Shown here: positions 10,026 through 18,519 of the stretch, piece after piece
Layout of the letters: every line of letters starts with the position of its first letter
How positions within the stretch are numbered: the stretch's first letter is position 1
From: Pseudomonadota bacterium
GTDB taxonomy: Bacteria > Bdellovibrionota > Bdellovibrionia > Bdellovibrionales > Bdellovibrionaceae
Direction: 5' to 3'
Assembly (NCBI GenBank): GCA_041178425.1
Contig: JBEGVH010000030.1
Location: 96,001-160,000, forward strand
DNA: 64,000 nt
Translations under genes and position numbers: made by a program
Notes under the pieces: generated by a model
Seen by the model: the letters and a program-made list of their open reading frames with translations, nothing else
What the model was told of the DNA's origin: nothing
Database searches by the model: none

Positions 10026-12461
10026 TTATTTCTTATTTAACCCCTGAAGAGCCGCGAATGGGTTATTAAATGGATTTTGTTGGGGGCGACGAGAACCTTC
10101 GTCTCGAGGCTTGCCTCCTCCAAATCCACCTCCCTGTGGCTTCCCTTGGCCCGCTGGTTTTGCACCAGCTCCAGCTCCCGGACGATAACCCGACTTGGCG
10201 TTGGCTCCTGGTGCCGCCCCTCGATCACGTTGAGGGCGATCACCCTCTGGGCGAGCCCGAAACGTACCCTCCGCCGACTTTGGCTTCTGAGCACTAGGAT
10301 CAAGAATCATCGAGAAACTAATTTGATTTTTGGCCAAATCAACAGCCAAGACACGGACAGAAACGTGGTCTCCCGGGTTTACAACTTTTCTAGGATCATC
10401 AACAAACTGCTGTGACATTTCCGAAATGTGAACCAGTCCATCCTGGTGAACGCCCACATCAACAAAGGCTCCAAAGTTTGTAACGTTTGTGACCACTCCA
10501 GGACAGATCATCCCTTCCTTGAGGTCTTTGACCTCAGAAATGTCTTCTTTAAATTGAAACACCTTAAACGGATCACGAGGATCACGCCCAGGTTTTTCAA
10601 GCTCTTTCACAATATCATCAAAGGTGTACTCACCGATAATCGTCGCCCACTTTGTTCGAATATCGAGAATTTTCTTAGCTCCAGAGCCAATCAAATCGGT
10701 AACAGCAATACCAAGCTCCTGGGCCATATCTTTAACGGCCGAGTATCGCTCAGGGTGAATTCCCGTGTTGTCCAACGTTACTTTGCCACCACGAATTCGC
10801 AAAAAGCCGGCCGCTTGCTCAAACACCTTGGTGCTAAATTTCGAAACATTCAAGAGCTCCGAACGATCACTAAAGAGCCCTTTAGTCTTTCGGTACTCTA
10901 CAATATTTTGTGCCAAGGCTGGCCCAATTCCAGAAACATACGCCAACAATGGAGCCGATGCCGTATTGAGATCAACTCCGACATTGTTTACGCAAGACTC
11001 AACAACCGCTTCCAAACCTTTTTTAAGTGCCGTTTGATTCACATCATGTTGGTATTGCCCAACACCGATAGATTTTGGATCGACTTTAACAAGCTCAGCC
11101 AATGGGTCTTGTAAGCGTCTAGCAATCGAGATCGCACCACGAACGGTAACATCAAGATCTGGAAATTCTACGCGAGCAATATCAGAAGCCGAATACACGC
11201 TCGCTCCTGATTCATTGACCATTATCACTGGGATATCTTGATTCATATCTTTTACGAGTTTACGAAAAAACGCTTCGGTTTCTCTACCCGCAGTCCCATT
11301 ACCAACGGCAATCGCCTCAATCTTGATACTCTTGAGAACTTCTTCGAAAAGCTTTTTCACATTCTCGGTTGCACGCTCACCCTGAAGGTGCATGACCGTG
11401 TGAGAAATCATATTGCCGCCCTTATCAACGAGGGCAACTTTACAACCCGTTCTCAAACCTGGATCGATTCCGAGAACTACTTTTGGTCCGTAAGGTGAAC
11501 CCAAAAGAACTCGTCTCACATTTTCTGCGAATACTGTAATCGCATGCTCATCAGCATGCTGCTTCAAAATACGGTGAACTTCATTGACCACCGAAGGGAT
11601 CACATAAACGGTCAGCGCCATTTTAGCGGCATGAGTGAGAAACTCGCCCACGGCCGTATTCGGTACGGTGGTTGCCTCACGATTGAACGCAGCAAGGAGA
11701 GCATCATCGTTTCCTTTAACCTCTAATGAGAGCTCCTCTTCTTGCCAACCTCTTCGCATGGCTAAGTATCTGTGGCTGGCCTTTGCATCCATAAGATTTT
11801 TAACTGGCTCTTCGAACTCAGCATACATTTCAAATTTAGAGTGCTCTTTAAACGTTTTCGTTTTCTTCGAAAAGATTTTTCCGTGTTTTTGATAGTCTTC
11901 AAGAACCAACGTTCGAAGATTGGGTGCATTCGAAAGTCTTTCTATAATGATATCTTTTGCACCATTAAGAGCAGCATCGTAGGTGGCGACATTTGCAGCG
12001 GCATTAATAAAGTCTTTCGCCTTCACCTCGAGCGTTGTTTGATCCGATAGCAATCCATGACCAAGGTCCCAAATCCACTGGGACAAAGGTTCCAAACCGG
12101 CGTCTCTTGCAATCGTGGCTTTGGTTTTCTTTTTCTTTTTGAATGGACGATAAATTTCTTCTAATTCACCCAAATCGTAGGAAAGCTCAATGCGCTTTTT
12201 AATGTCATCTGTGAGATTACCTTGATCGCCGATCTCTTTAATTAAAAATGCTTTACGTTTTACTACTTCATTAAAAGTCTCGTGCCCTTCAACGACAGCA
12301 CGAATCTGCACTTCATCGAGATTGCCAGTCTTTTCTTTTCGATAACGGGCAATAAATGGAACCGTTCCTCCCTCTTTGGTGAGCTCAATAACTGCGTTGG
12401 CAGATTTAAACGGTATTGTTGGTAATGTTTTTGCGATGAAGCTTTGAAATGTCATTTCCAT
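10026..12461 (-). CDS. tex: Tex family RNA-binding transcription accessory protein
   Basis: TVPFIARYRKE, GIDPGLRTGCK, ESGASVYSAS, IGVGQYQHDV, S1 domain (NFGAFVDVGVHQDGLVHIS). Confidence 0.95.
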   Translation of the reverse strand: MEMTFQSFIAKTLPTIPFKSANAVIELTKEGGTVPFIARYRKEKTGNLDEVQIRAVVEGHETFNEVVKRKAFLIKEIGDQGNLTDDIKKRIELSYDLGELEEIYRPFKKKKKTKATIARDAGLEPLSQWIWDLGHGLLSDQTTLEVKAKDFINAAANVATYDAALNGAKDIIIERLSNAPNLRTLVLEDYQKHGKIFSKKTKTFKEHSKFEMYAEFEEPVKNLMDAKASHRYLAMRRGWQEEELSLEVKGNDDALLAAFNREATTVPNTAVGEFLTHAAKMALTVYVIPSVVNEVHRILKQHADEHAITVFAENVRRVLLGSPYGPKVVLGIDPGLRTGCKVALVDKGGNMISHTVMHLQGERATENVKKLFEEVLKSIKIEAIAVGNGTAGRETEAFFRKLVKDMNQDIPVIMVNESGASVYSASDIARVEFPDLDVTVRGAISIARRLQDPLAELVKVDPKSIGVGQYQHDVNQTALKKGLEAVVESCVNNVGVDLNTASAPLLAYVSGIGPALAQNIVEYRKTKGLFSDRSELLNVSKFSTKVFEQAAGFLRIRGGKVTLDNTGIHPERYSAVKDMAQELGIAVTDLIGSGAKKILDIRTKWATIIGEYTFDDIVKELEKPGRDPRDPFKVFQFKEDISEVKDLKEGMICPGVVTNVTNFGAFVDVGVHQDGLVHISEMSQQFVDDPRKVVNPGDHVSVRVLAVDLAKNQISFSMILDPSAQKPKSAEGTFRARPEGDRPQRDRGAAPGANAKSGYRPGAGAGAKPAGQGKPQGGGFGGGKPRDEGSRRPQQNPFNNPFAALQGLNKK

Positions 12462-12479
12462 GAACGAGAACCTCGATAA

Positions 12480-12698
12480 TTATTTGTGACGATACATGAT
12501 TAGGCCATGAGTAGGATCGTAGGGAGAAACCCCAACAGTGACTCGATCCCCCACAACCACTCGAATATTAAATCGACGCATTTTTCCACAGAGTTTAGCC
12601 ATGACCTCTACTTTGTTATCTAATTCAACTTTGTAGAGACCACCAGCCAAAGCATCCGTTACCTTGCCATCTAACTGTGCTAAATCTTCCTTTGCCAT
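12480..12698 (-). CDS. infA: Translation initiation factor IF-1
   Basis: 72 aa; MAKED, GKMRR, GDRVTV, SPYD. Confidence 0.95.
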   Translation of the reverse strand: MAKEDLAQLDGKVTDALAGGLYKVELDNKVEVMAKLCGKMRRFNIRVVVGDRVTVGVSPYDPTHGLIMYRHK

Positions 12699-12708
12699 GC
12701 GCTTCCTT

Positions 12709-13317
12709 CTAAGACTTTGATTTATAGTTACTGATTAAGTGCTTAATACCTGAGCGAAACAATACTTCCAAGCGATCATTGACAACCGAAAGTACAAAAC
12801 CCCACCCCAAGACCTTGTGCTCTATGGGTGTTTTTTCTAAGAATACTTCAGACATTCTATAAGGAAGAGGCTTGATGTTTTTATTTTTATCTCTAAGCTC
12901 CAACCACTTAGATTCTTCTTCCGTCGCCCCCTCATATTTTTTACCCTTTTTACCTGTCAAAACTTGGGATTCAAACTCATCAACAGGTGCGGCCACTGGC
13001 ACTTCTTCGGCCGGTTTAACGGCTTTTACTTTTGGGGCTTTCTCTTTTTTAGTGGGCGCTAGAACGACCGCAACTTTTGCTGTCTTTTCCACTTTTTTGG
13101 AAGGTTTTACCACAGACTTGGCTTCCACTTTAACTTTTACTGACTTAGCAGGTGCAGACAATGCAACAGGCGCCTTCTTCGGAGCTCCTGCTTTTTTAGA
13201 GGACTCAGATTTTTTAATTTTCTTATCTGGCTCCGACTTCTTGGAGACTATTGCTTTTGCCTTTGCCGGTTTTTTTACCGGCTTCGCAACTACTTTTTTG
13301 GTCGCTTTCTTGGCCAT
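12709..13317 (-). CDS. Hypothetical protein: Lys/Ala/Pro-rich N-terminus plus small C-terminal Tudor-like beta domain
   Basis: MAKKATKK... low-complexity region; C-terminal IEHKVLGWGFV...RLEVLFRSGIKHL; ATG 13317 preceded by AAGG. Confidence 0.75.
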   Translation of the reverse strand: MAKKATKKVVAKPVKKPAKAKAIVSKKSEPDKKIKKSESSKKAGAPKKAPVALSAPAKSVKVKVEAKSVVKPSKKVEKTAKVAVVLAPTKKEKAPKVKAVKPAEEVPVAAPVDEFESQVLTGKKGKKYEGATEEESKWLELRDKNKNIKPLPYRMSEVFLEKTPIEHKVLGWGFVLSVVNDRLEVLFRSGIKHLISNYKSKS

Positions 13318-13543
13318 TGCCTTACACCTTTCAATAAAGTTCTTCAGCATTGAATCACCGCCAAACACCGCCTCGAGCGATGCTGCACTTTGTTAATCGC
13401 GCTAAAGTGATACCGCCTTAGTTACTTTAGTGCTTATCCAATATCTTTATTTTAAAATCAACGCGGTCAAATAATCGGACTTAGTTTAGGAAGTAGTGCG
13501 TTGTCGAGTCAATGCTACAATTTATTTTTTAAGGATAATTAGA

Positions 13544-14611
13544 ATGGTTCAACTCCAAAAAATCACCACTGAACACCCCCAACTCCTGGAAGTCATTCAT
13601 GGGACTTTGGATCTTTCGGTTGAAAGGGTCTCTCCTCCCGATCTTGCGGGCCATAATACTATATGCTTTGTATCGGTCGCAAATCATCTTGTAGATCTTG
13701 AAAAAACAGAGAGCAGAGTTTGGATTGTTTCAAAAACACTCCTCACCAAAAAAGGCGAGGACTTATTAAATCTTGCGAAAAAATCATCTGCAACACTTCT
13801 CGCATGCTCCAACATCCAAATCGCCATGGCTCATATTCTCAGGTACTTTGATCGTCATGAGGACTTAAAAGCCTATCCTGCAGGCATTTCACCTAACGCA
13901 TGGGTGCATCCAAGCGCTAAAATTGGAAAGCAGGTCACTATCGCGCCGTTTAGTACCATTGGACCCAATGTGGAGATTGGAGATTCTGTCGTTTTAGGCC
14001 CTCATTGCATCATCGAGGGAGAGGCGATCATTGGAGCTCATACCTTTATTGAAGGACATGCTTTCGTAGGTCGGCAGTGCCAAATAGGACAACATTGCCG
14101 TATTAAACCTTTTGCTTCCATCGGCACCAATGGCTTTGGGTATGCCCCAACGAATGATGGTGCATTAGCCATTCCTCAAATTGGATCGGTTGTTATTGAA
14201 GATTACGTTGATATTGGTTCCGGAACTTGTATTGACCGCGCTACGTTGACTCAAACTCGAATTGGCCGAGGCACTAAAATCGATAACCTTGTTCACATCG
14301 CTCACAACTGTGATATCGGAAGGTACTGCTTTATCACTGCACAATTTGCCATTGCCGGATCTTCAAAGATTGGAGATTTCTTCATGACCGGAGGAACTTC
14401 GGCCGTTGGAGACCATGTGACTATCCATGAAAAAGTCACTCTTGCTGGCGCCTCTGTGGTTACCAGCGACATCGATAAACCAGGCGCGTGGGGAGGCAAT
14501 CCAGTCCAACCAATGCAAGATTACCTAAAAACACGATCGATTAGTGGGCAGTTACCAAAGATGAGAAAACAGTTAAATAAAATAATCAAACATTTGGGCC
14601 TTGAAGATTAA
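13544..14611 (+). CDS. lpxD: UDP-3-O-acylglucosamine N-acyltransferase
   Basis: Hexapeptide repeats; [29 protein letters not shown]. Confidence 0.93.
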   Translation: MVQLQKITTEHPQLLEVIHGTLDLSVERVSPPDLAGHNTICFVSVANHLVDLEKTESRVWIVSKTLLTKKGEDLLNLAKKSSATLLACSNIQIAMAHILRYFDRHEDLKAYPAGISPNAWVHPSAKIGKQVTIAPFSTIGPNVEIGDSVVLGPHCIIEGEAIIGAHTFIEGHAFVGRQCQIGQHCRIKPFASIGTNGFGYAPTNDGALAIPQIGSVVIEDYVDIGSGTCIDRATLTQTRIGRGTKIDNLVHIAHNCDIGRYCFITAQFAIAGSSKIGDFFMTGGTSAVGDHVTIHEKVTLAGASVVTSDIDKPGAWGGNPVQPMQDYLKTRSISGQLPKMRKQLNKIIKHLGLED

Positions 14612-14674
14612 TCACCTTTTCCATTGCCAAGCCCTTGAAGAAACACTATCCCCAAGTTGCCAAAAGGAGGCCCC

Positions 14675-15034
14675 ATGTTTAGTTATCAAACGTACAAAAT
14701 GGTTCACTACTTTGGATTGATTCTTTTGTTCTTTGGAATCGGTGGTGTTCTTATTCCAAGTATTTCTGGATTTTCAATTCAGGGAAAACCTCGAGTTGTT
14801 GCTTTCGTGACCCATGGAATCGGCATGCTTTTTCTCCTCATTGGAGGTTTTGGAATGCTTGCGCGCCTTCAGCTCGATGGAATTCCGCCATGGATTCACG
14901 TCAAATTAGCGGTCTGGCTAATTATGGGACTCGCAATAGGCTTAGCAAAAAGAATGCCTTCATGGCTTGTTATGGTTGCCATCATTGCCATTGCTATGAT
15001 CGCACCATACATGGCTATCTATAAACCTATTTGA
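14675..15034 (+). CDS. Small integral membrane protein (about 4 TM helices), function unknown
   Basis: AGGAGG Shine-Dalgarno; four hydrophobic segments; His residues in TM1 and TM2; WIHVKL. Confidence 0.75.
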   Translation: MFSYQTYKMVHYFGLILLFFGIGGVLIPSISGFSIQGKPRVVAFVTHGIGMLFLLIGGFGMLARLQLDGIPPWIHVKLAVWLIMGLAIGLAKRMPSWLVMVAIIAIAMIAPYMAIYKPI

Positions 15035-15695
15035 TTTTTTTAGATTTGATTTTTGGAGCCTGTGGCGACTGAAGCTTCGACGAGGGTAGAATTGGCAAAA
15101 GCTTTTTTAATTCCCTCGTCTCCATCGGTTGCCAAAAATTAGGTCGTGCCTTAAGAACAAAGTCGGAATGATCTTCGATTAATTGGTTGGCCAAGTTCAA
15201 ACTTTCTAAGCCTGAAGGACTTTCAATAAGCCACATTTTGGTTGGCCCCTCCTCAGGATATCTTTTTAACACCTTCAAATCTAGTTTTTGCCACAAGGAC
15301 TGAATAGCCGAGATTTCCAATCCCGGCTTTAAATAAACAAACACTCCCCCCGCTAGAGCCTTGATATCGCCATTCTCCTTGAAAAGGGGAGAACTCTGAT
15401 CCCATCCTCCACTGGTCTTACTGGCTATTGCCTTAGAATATGCGCTCGAATTCAAAAGTAAAATTCGAGCACCCGGAAACTTTCTCTCTGCCAAGGGCTT
15501 TTGAGTTTTAGTCAACGAAGGCTGGTAGGTTCCTGGTTCGGCTGTCGCAAATTCAACGATGTAATTGGGTACCGGCTCGAGCAGAACTTTCTCTCCCTCT
15601 TCATTCCAATAATAGGTTGATATCACCTGAGCAAACAAAGCTGGGGTCATCATTAATAAAACAAAAAACATTACTCCAATCGGTTTAATGCCCAT
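15027..15695 (-). CDS. Secreted hypothetical protein resembling an S8 protease prodomain or external chaperone
   Basis: Signal peptide (ALFA/Q); SPLF...VFVYLK...WLIES...SLNLANQL...ARPNF; overlaps the S8 gene by 11 nt. Confidence 0.65.
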   Translation of the reverse strand: MGIKPIGVMFFVLLMMTPALFAQVISTYYWNEEGEKVLLEPVPNYIVEFATAEPGTYQPSLTKTQKPLAERKFPGARILLLNSSAYSKAIASKTSGGWDQSSPLFKENGDIKALAGGVFVYLKPGLEISAIQSLWQKLDLKVLKRYPEEGPTKMWLIESPSGLESLNLANQLIEDHSDFVLKARPNFWQPMETRELKKLLPILPSSKLQSPQAPKIKSKKIK

Positions 15696-17280
15696 ATATT
15701 TTTAACCTCCACCCTGAGATCGAACCACCCGCCGAATTGCCATTATTATTTTTTATTTGTAACTCCCATGTTCCCTGGGCTGACTCCCCCAAAAAATTAG
15801 CTACGCCAAATGTATAAGTAAGATTGGAGCCCCCCTGACAAGAGACTGTACTCCCTTGACTGTCGAGACAAGAATGAGGAGTCAAAATCTTACTGACAAC
15901 ACTCTTCGAAGCATCAAGAGGCTTATAGACAAGGTTAGCTTCCAAGGCTCCAGGATCTGTGTGCGTCATCTGAATCTGTAAATCTATGTGCTCAATAAAG
16001 TTAACTGCCGCAGGGCTAATAGTATATTTATTTAGAGCTACGTACCCGCTTGCAACGTCGAAACTTCCGGAGCCCGTTGGTGTGAGATAGGCGGCACTGA
16101 GGTTTTCTGCAGTCCAATTACCGGTACCAACCGAGGTCCAATTTTTAACCAAGGCAACTGCGTTCTTCGCATTGACGATACCAAAACCATAGTCGTCATT
16201 AAACCCAATTCCTGTTGGCTGCCAGGTCACACCCTGCGGCTTTTGCGCCGACTTAGCAAGTATGATCCGCACATCTCTCCACCCTAGCTGCTTGTTTTGC
16301 AATGCCGCCTCTTTGAGAATCAAACCCACCACTCCTGAAACAACAGGAGCTGCAGCAGAAGTTCCCGTAAACGTAGCTGTGTAGTCTGTATCTGCAAAAT
16401 CAGATTTTACTTCAGGACCATCTGAGCACTTCAAACCCTTATAATCAGTAGAGGGAATCCATTCTCCGGGAGCACAAACCCAGAGATTTGAACCTGGTTC
16501 AGAAAAAACACTGACAGCACCTGATTTTCCTACAGAGCAAATACTCAACACCCCTGAATTTGAAGCATAGCCGTCATAATTACTTCGATCAGAATTTCGT
16601 CGGCCGTTTCCAGCGGCCCAGACAAAGATAGTTCCCAAACCTCTGCGACCGCTATTCAATCCAATATTGATTCCGTCTTTGAAACTTTGCACATTATAAT
16701 ATTGATTAACCTGAGCCGTTGCATCGGATGGACCATAGCTGTTTGATGAGACGTCGGTCGTGGCCGCTTGGTAAGAGAGGGCATCAAGAATATCTGCCTC
16801 ACTTCCGGAAGTCGTTCTGGCAGAAATATTGGCTCGCGAAGCAACGCCGATGATTCCTTTGCTATTTTCTTCTCGGGCTCCAATCACTCCCGCCGCACAC
16901 GTCCCGTGACTTTCACCTCCGGGAATTGTGGTATCGGTTGTTCTCGATCGCACTAAAAAGTTAAAACTTTTTTGCAAATCTTTGTTTGAGTTAAGATCCG
17001 AATGTCTCAAGTAAATAGAACTAGGATCGACCACACAAATATTGACCCCTTCACCATGGTTGCCTGATTCCCAAACAACATCGGAATCAATATTCCAATG
17101 ATTAGTTTTGCCATCCGCTTGAAGAAACCACTGATAACTAAAATACGGATCTGGTCCGCTAACTTCGTACTCCGGGCTGATTTTAAAATTGGTTTCGGGG
17201 GTACACGCCTGCCCACCGATGACTAAACCGGTGCTTACGAAGATATAAAATAAAACTGTCAAAGAAAGCTTCTTAGGCAA
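15685..17280 (-). CDS. Kexin-like S8 serine protease with P-domain, probable lipoprotein
   Basis: GQAC lipobox-like motif; DPYFSYQW; catalytic triad VVD / SHGTCAAG / GTSAAAP; AAGNG; WRD; P-domain FLGESAQGTWEL; TTG start. Confidence 0.9.
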   Translation of the reverse strand: MPKKLSLTVLFYIFVSTGLVIGGQACTPETNFKISPEYEVSGPDPYFSYQWFLQADGKTNHWNIDSDVVWESGNHGEGVNICVVDPSSIYLRHSDLNSNKDLQKSFNFLVRSRTTDTTIPGGESHGTCAAGVIGAREENSKGIIGVASRANISARTTSGSEADILDALSYQAATTDVSSNSYGPSDATAQVNQYYNVQSFKDGINIGLNSGRRGLGTIFVWAAGNGRRNSDRSNYDGYASNSGVLSICSVGKSGAVSVFSEPGSNLWVCAPGEWIPSTDYKGLKCSDGPEVKSDFADTDYTATFTGTSAAAPVVSGVVGLILKEAALQNKQLGWRDVRIILAKSAQKPQGVTWQPTGIGFNDDYGFGIVNAKNAVALVKNWTSVGTGNWTAENLSAAYLTPTGSGSFDVASGYVALNKYTISPAAVNFIEHIDLQIQMTHTDPGALEANLVYKPLDASKSVVSKILTPHSCLDSQGSTVSCQGGSNLTYTFGVANFLGESAQGTWELQIKNNNGNSAGGSISGWRLKIYGH

Positions 17281-17366
17281 AAGATCCCCTCAAATGGAGC
17301 AGCTCCTTCATGATCTCATAATCTGCTTAAATACCTTAAGTTTAAATAGCGATAGACATCGAAATA

Positions 17367-18509
17367 TCAAAATGAAGCACACTGATCATTGAAAGACTGT
17401 TTCAAATTTAAACCCATTATGTTTTTCACCGAACTGACGACTTCATGAGTATCAATTCGATCACAACAGGGTTGGGCTTGATCACAATTCCTTTTCCAAC
17501 AAGGACTGCAGGCCATAGAACTTTTTAACTTAATTCCACGACCATACAAATCCATTTCGTGGGCGCAAGTGGGTCCAAACCAAGCGACGATCTTTTTTTG
17601 AAGGGCTATCGCCATGTGCATTCCTAAACTGTCGGCAGTAATCACCACATCGGTGGCAGCGATGCTACACATTCCGTCTCTTAATCCAGAGTTCGTTGGA
17701 CTCTGAATCACCGAATGACCAGAGCCTATGATCTGATTTCTTTCTTGATCGGAGGAGCCACCAAGAAGAACAACCTTGAATGCTCTCTCTTGGTTTAATC
17801 GAGCTATAATATCTCTCCAAATAAAAATCGGAATAGTTTTAAACGGAAGCACGCCACTTGTTCCTGTGTTCAAACCAATGAGTTTAAATTTTCCGTCTTG
17901 AGACCATTCTCGACGGCGCTGGTCGGAAACATCTCTTTCGCCTTCTCGCAACGCGAGGAGATACTCGTCGTTTGCAAAGGGCAATTCTAATGCCTCGGAA
18001 ATAAGCTCTAGCTCGGTTCGCTGATTCACGAAAAACTTTTTGTGATTATCAAGGCCAAGCTCCCATAGCGCTTGGGCCGAGGAATTTAAAGGAACTATAG
18101 CTCCCGTTTTCTCGTTTGTTGTAAAACCAAAACTCTGCTCGATATTCACTAAAGCTTGAAGTCCGGCCACCTCTGCTGATTTATCGACAAAGAAACCAAT
18201 ATCAAATGCCATCGACGACAATATTAATTGGTCACGAGCCGAAAGCCCTAGAACTTTATCAACCAGCGGGTTGTTCTCTAAGAGCGGCCGACTGTGATCC
18301 TCCGTGACCCAAATAATAAAACTGGAGGGATATTTTCTCTTGATCATTCTTAAAAGAGCGGTGCTTCGCAGAACTGCTCCCATAGCGCCAAGATGAACAA
18401 GGAGAATTGATTTTTCAGGAATATCCAACGATGGACAATGAGTATTGCAAGTTAGATTTTTTTGACATGGTTTGTATCCATTAAAAAAGCGGCATCCTGC
18501 CTGATACAT
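17367..18509 (-). CDS. Glycosyltransferase family 9 (heptosyltransferase-like)
   Basis: LGAMGAVLRST, DSLGMHMAIA, WFGPT, CSPC. Confidence 0.85.
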   Translation of the reverse strand: MYQAGCRFFNGYKPCQKNLTCNTHCPSLDIPEKSILLVHLGAMGAVLRSTALLRMIKRKYPSSFIIWVTEDHSRPLLENNPLVDKVLGLSARDQLILSSMAFDIGFFVDKSAEVAGLQALVNIEQSFGFTTNEKTGAIVPLNSSAQALWELGLDNHKKFFVNQRTELELISEALELPFANDEYLLALREGERDVSDQRRREWSQDGKFKLIGLNTGTSGVLPFKTIPIFIWRDIIARLNQERAFKVVLLGGSSDQERNQIIGSGHSVIQSPTNSGLRDGMCSIAATDVVITADSLGMHMAIALQKKIVAWFGPTCAHEMDLYGRGIKLKSSMACSPCWKRNCDQAQPCCDRIDTHEVVSSVKNIMGLNLKQSFNDQCASF

Positions 18510-18519
18510 AAAAACTCCC

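Noticed and set aside
10428..11114. 228-aa plus-strand ORF inside tex
   Set aside because: Antisense to a conserved gene, with no motifs or clear ribosome-binding site.
12872..13396. 174-aa Phe/Ala/Thr-rich plus-strand ORF that looks like a membrane protein
   Set aside because: Antisense shadow of the Lys-rich gene; AAA/AAG codons read as Phe/Leu on the other strand.
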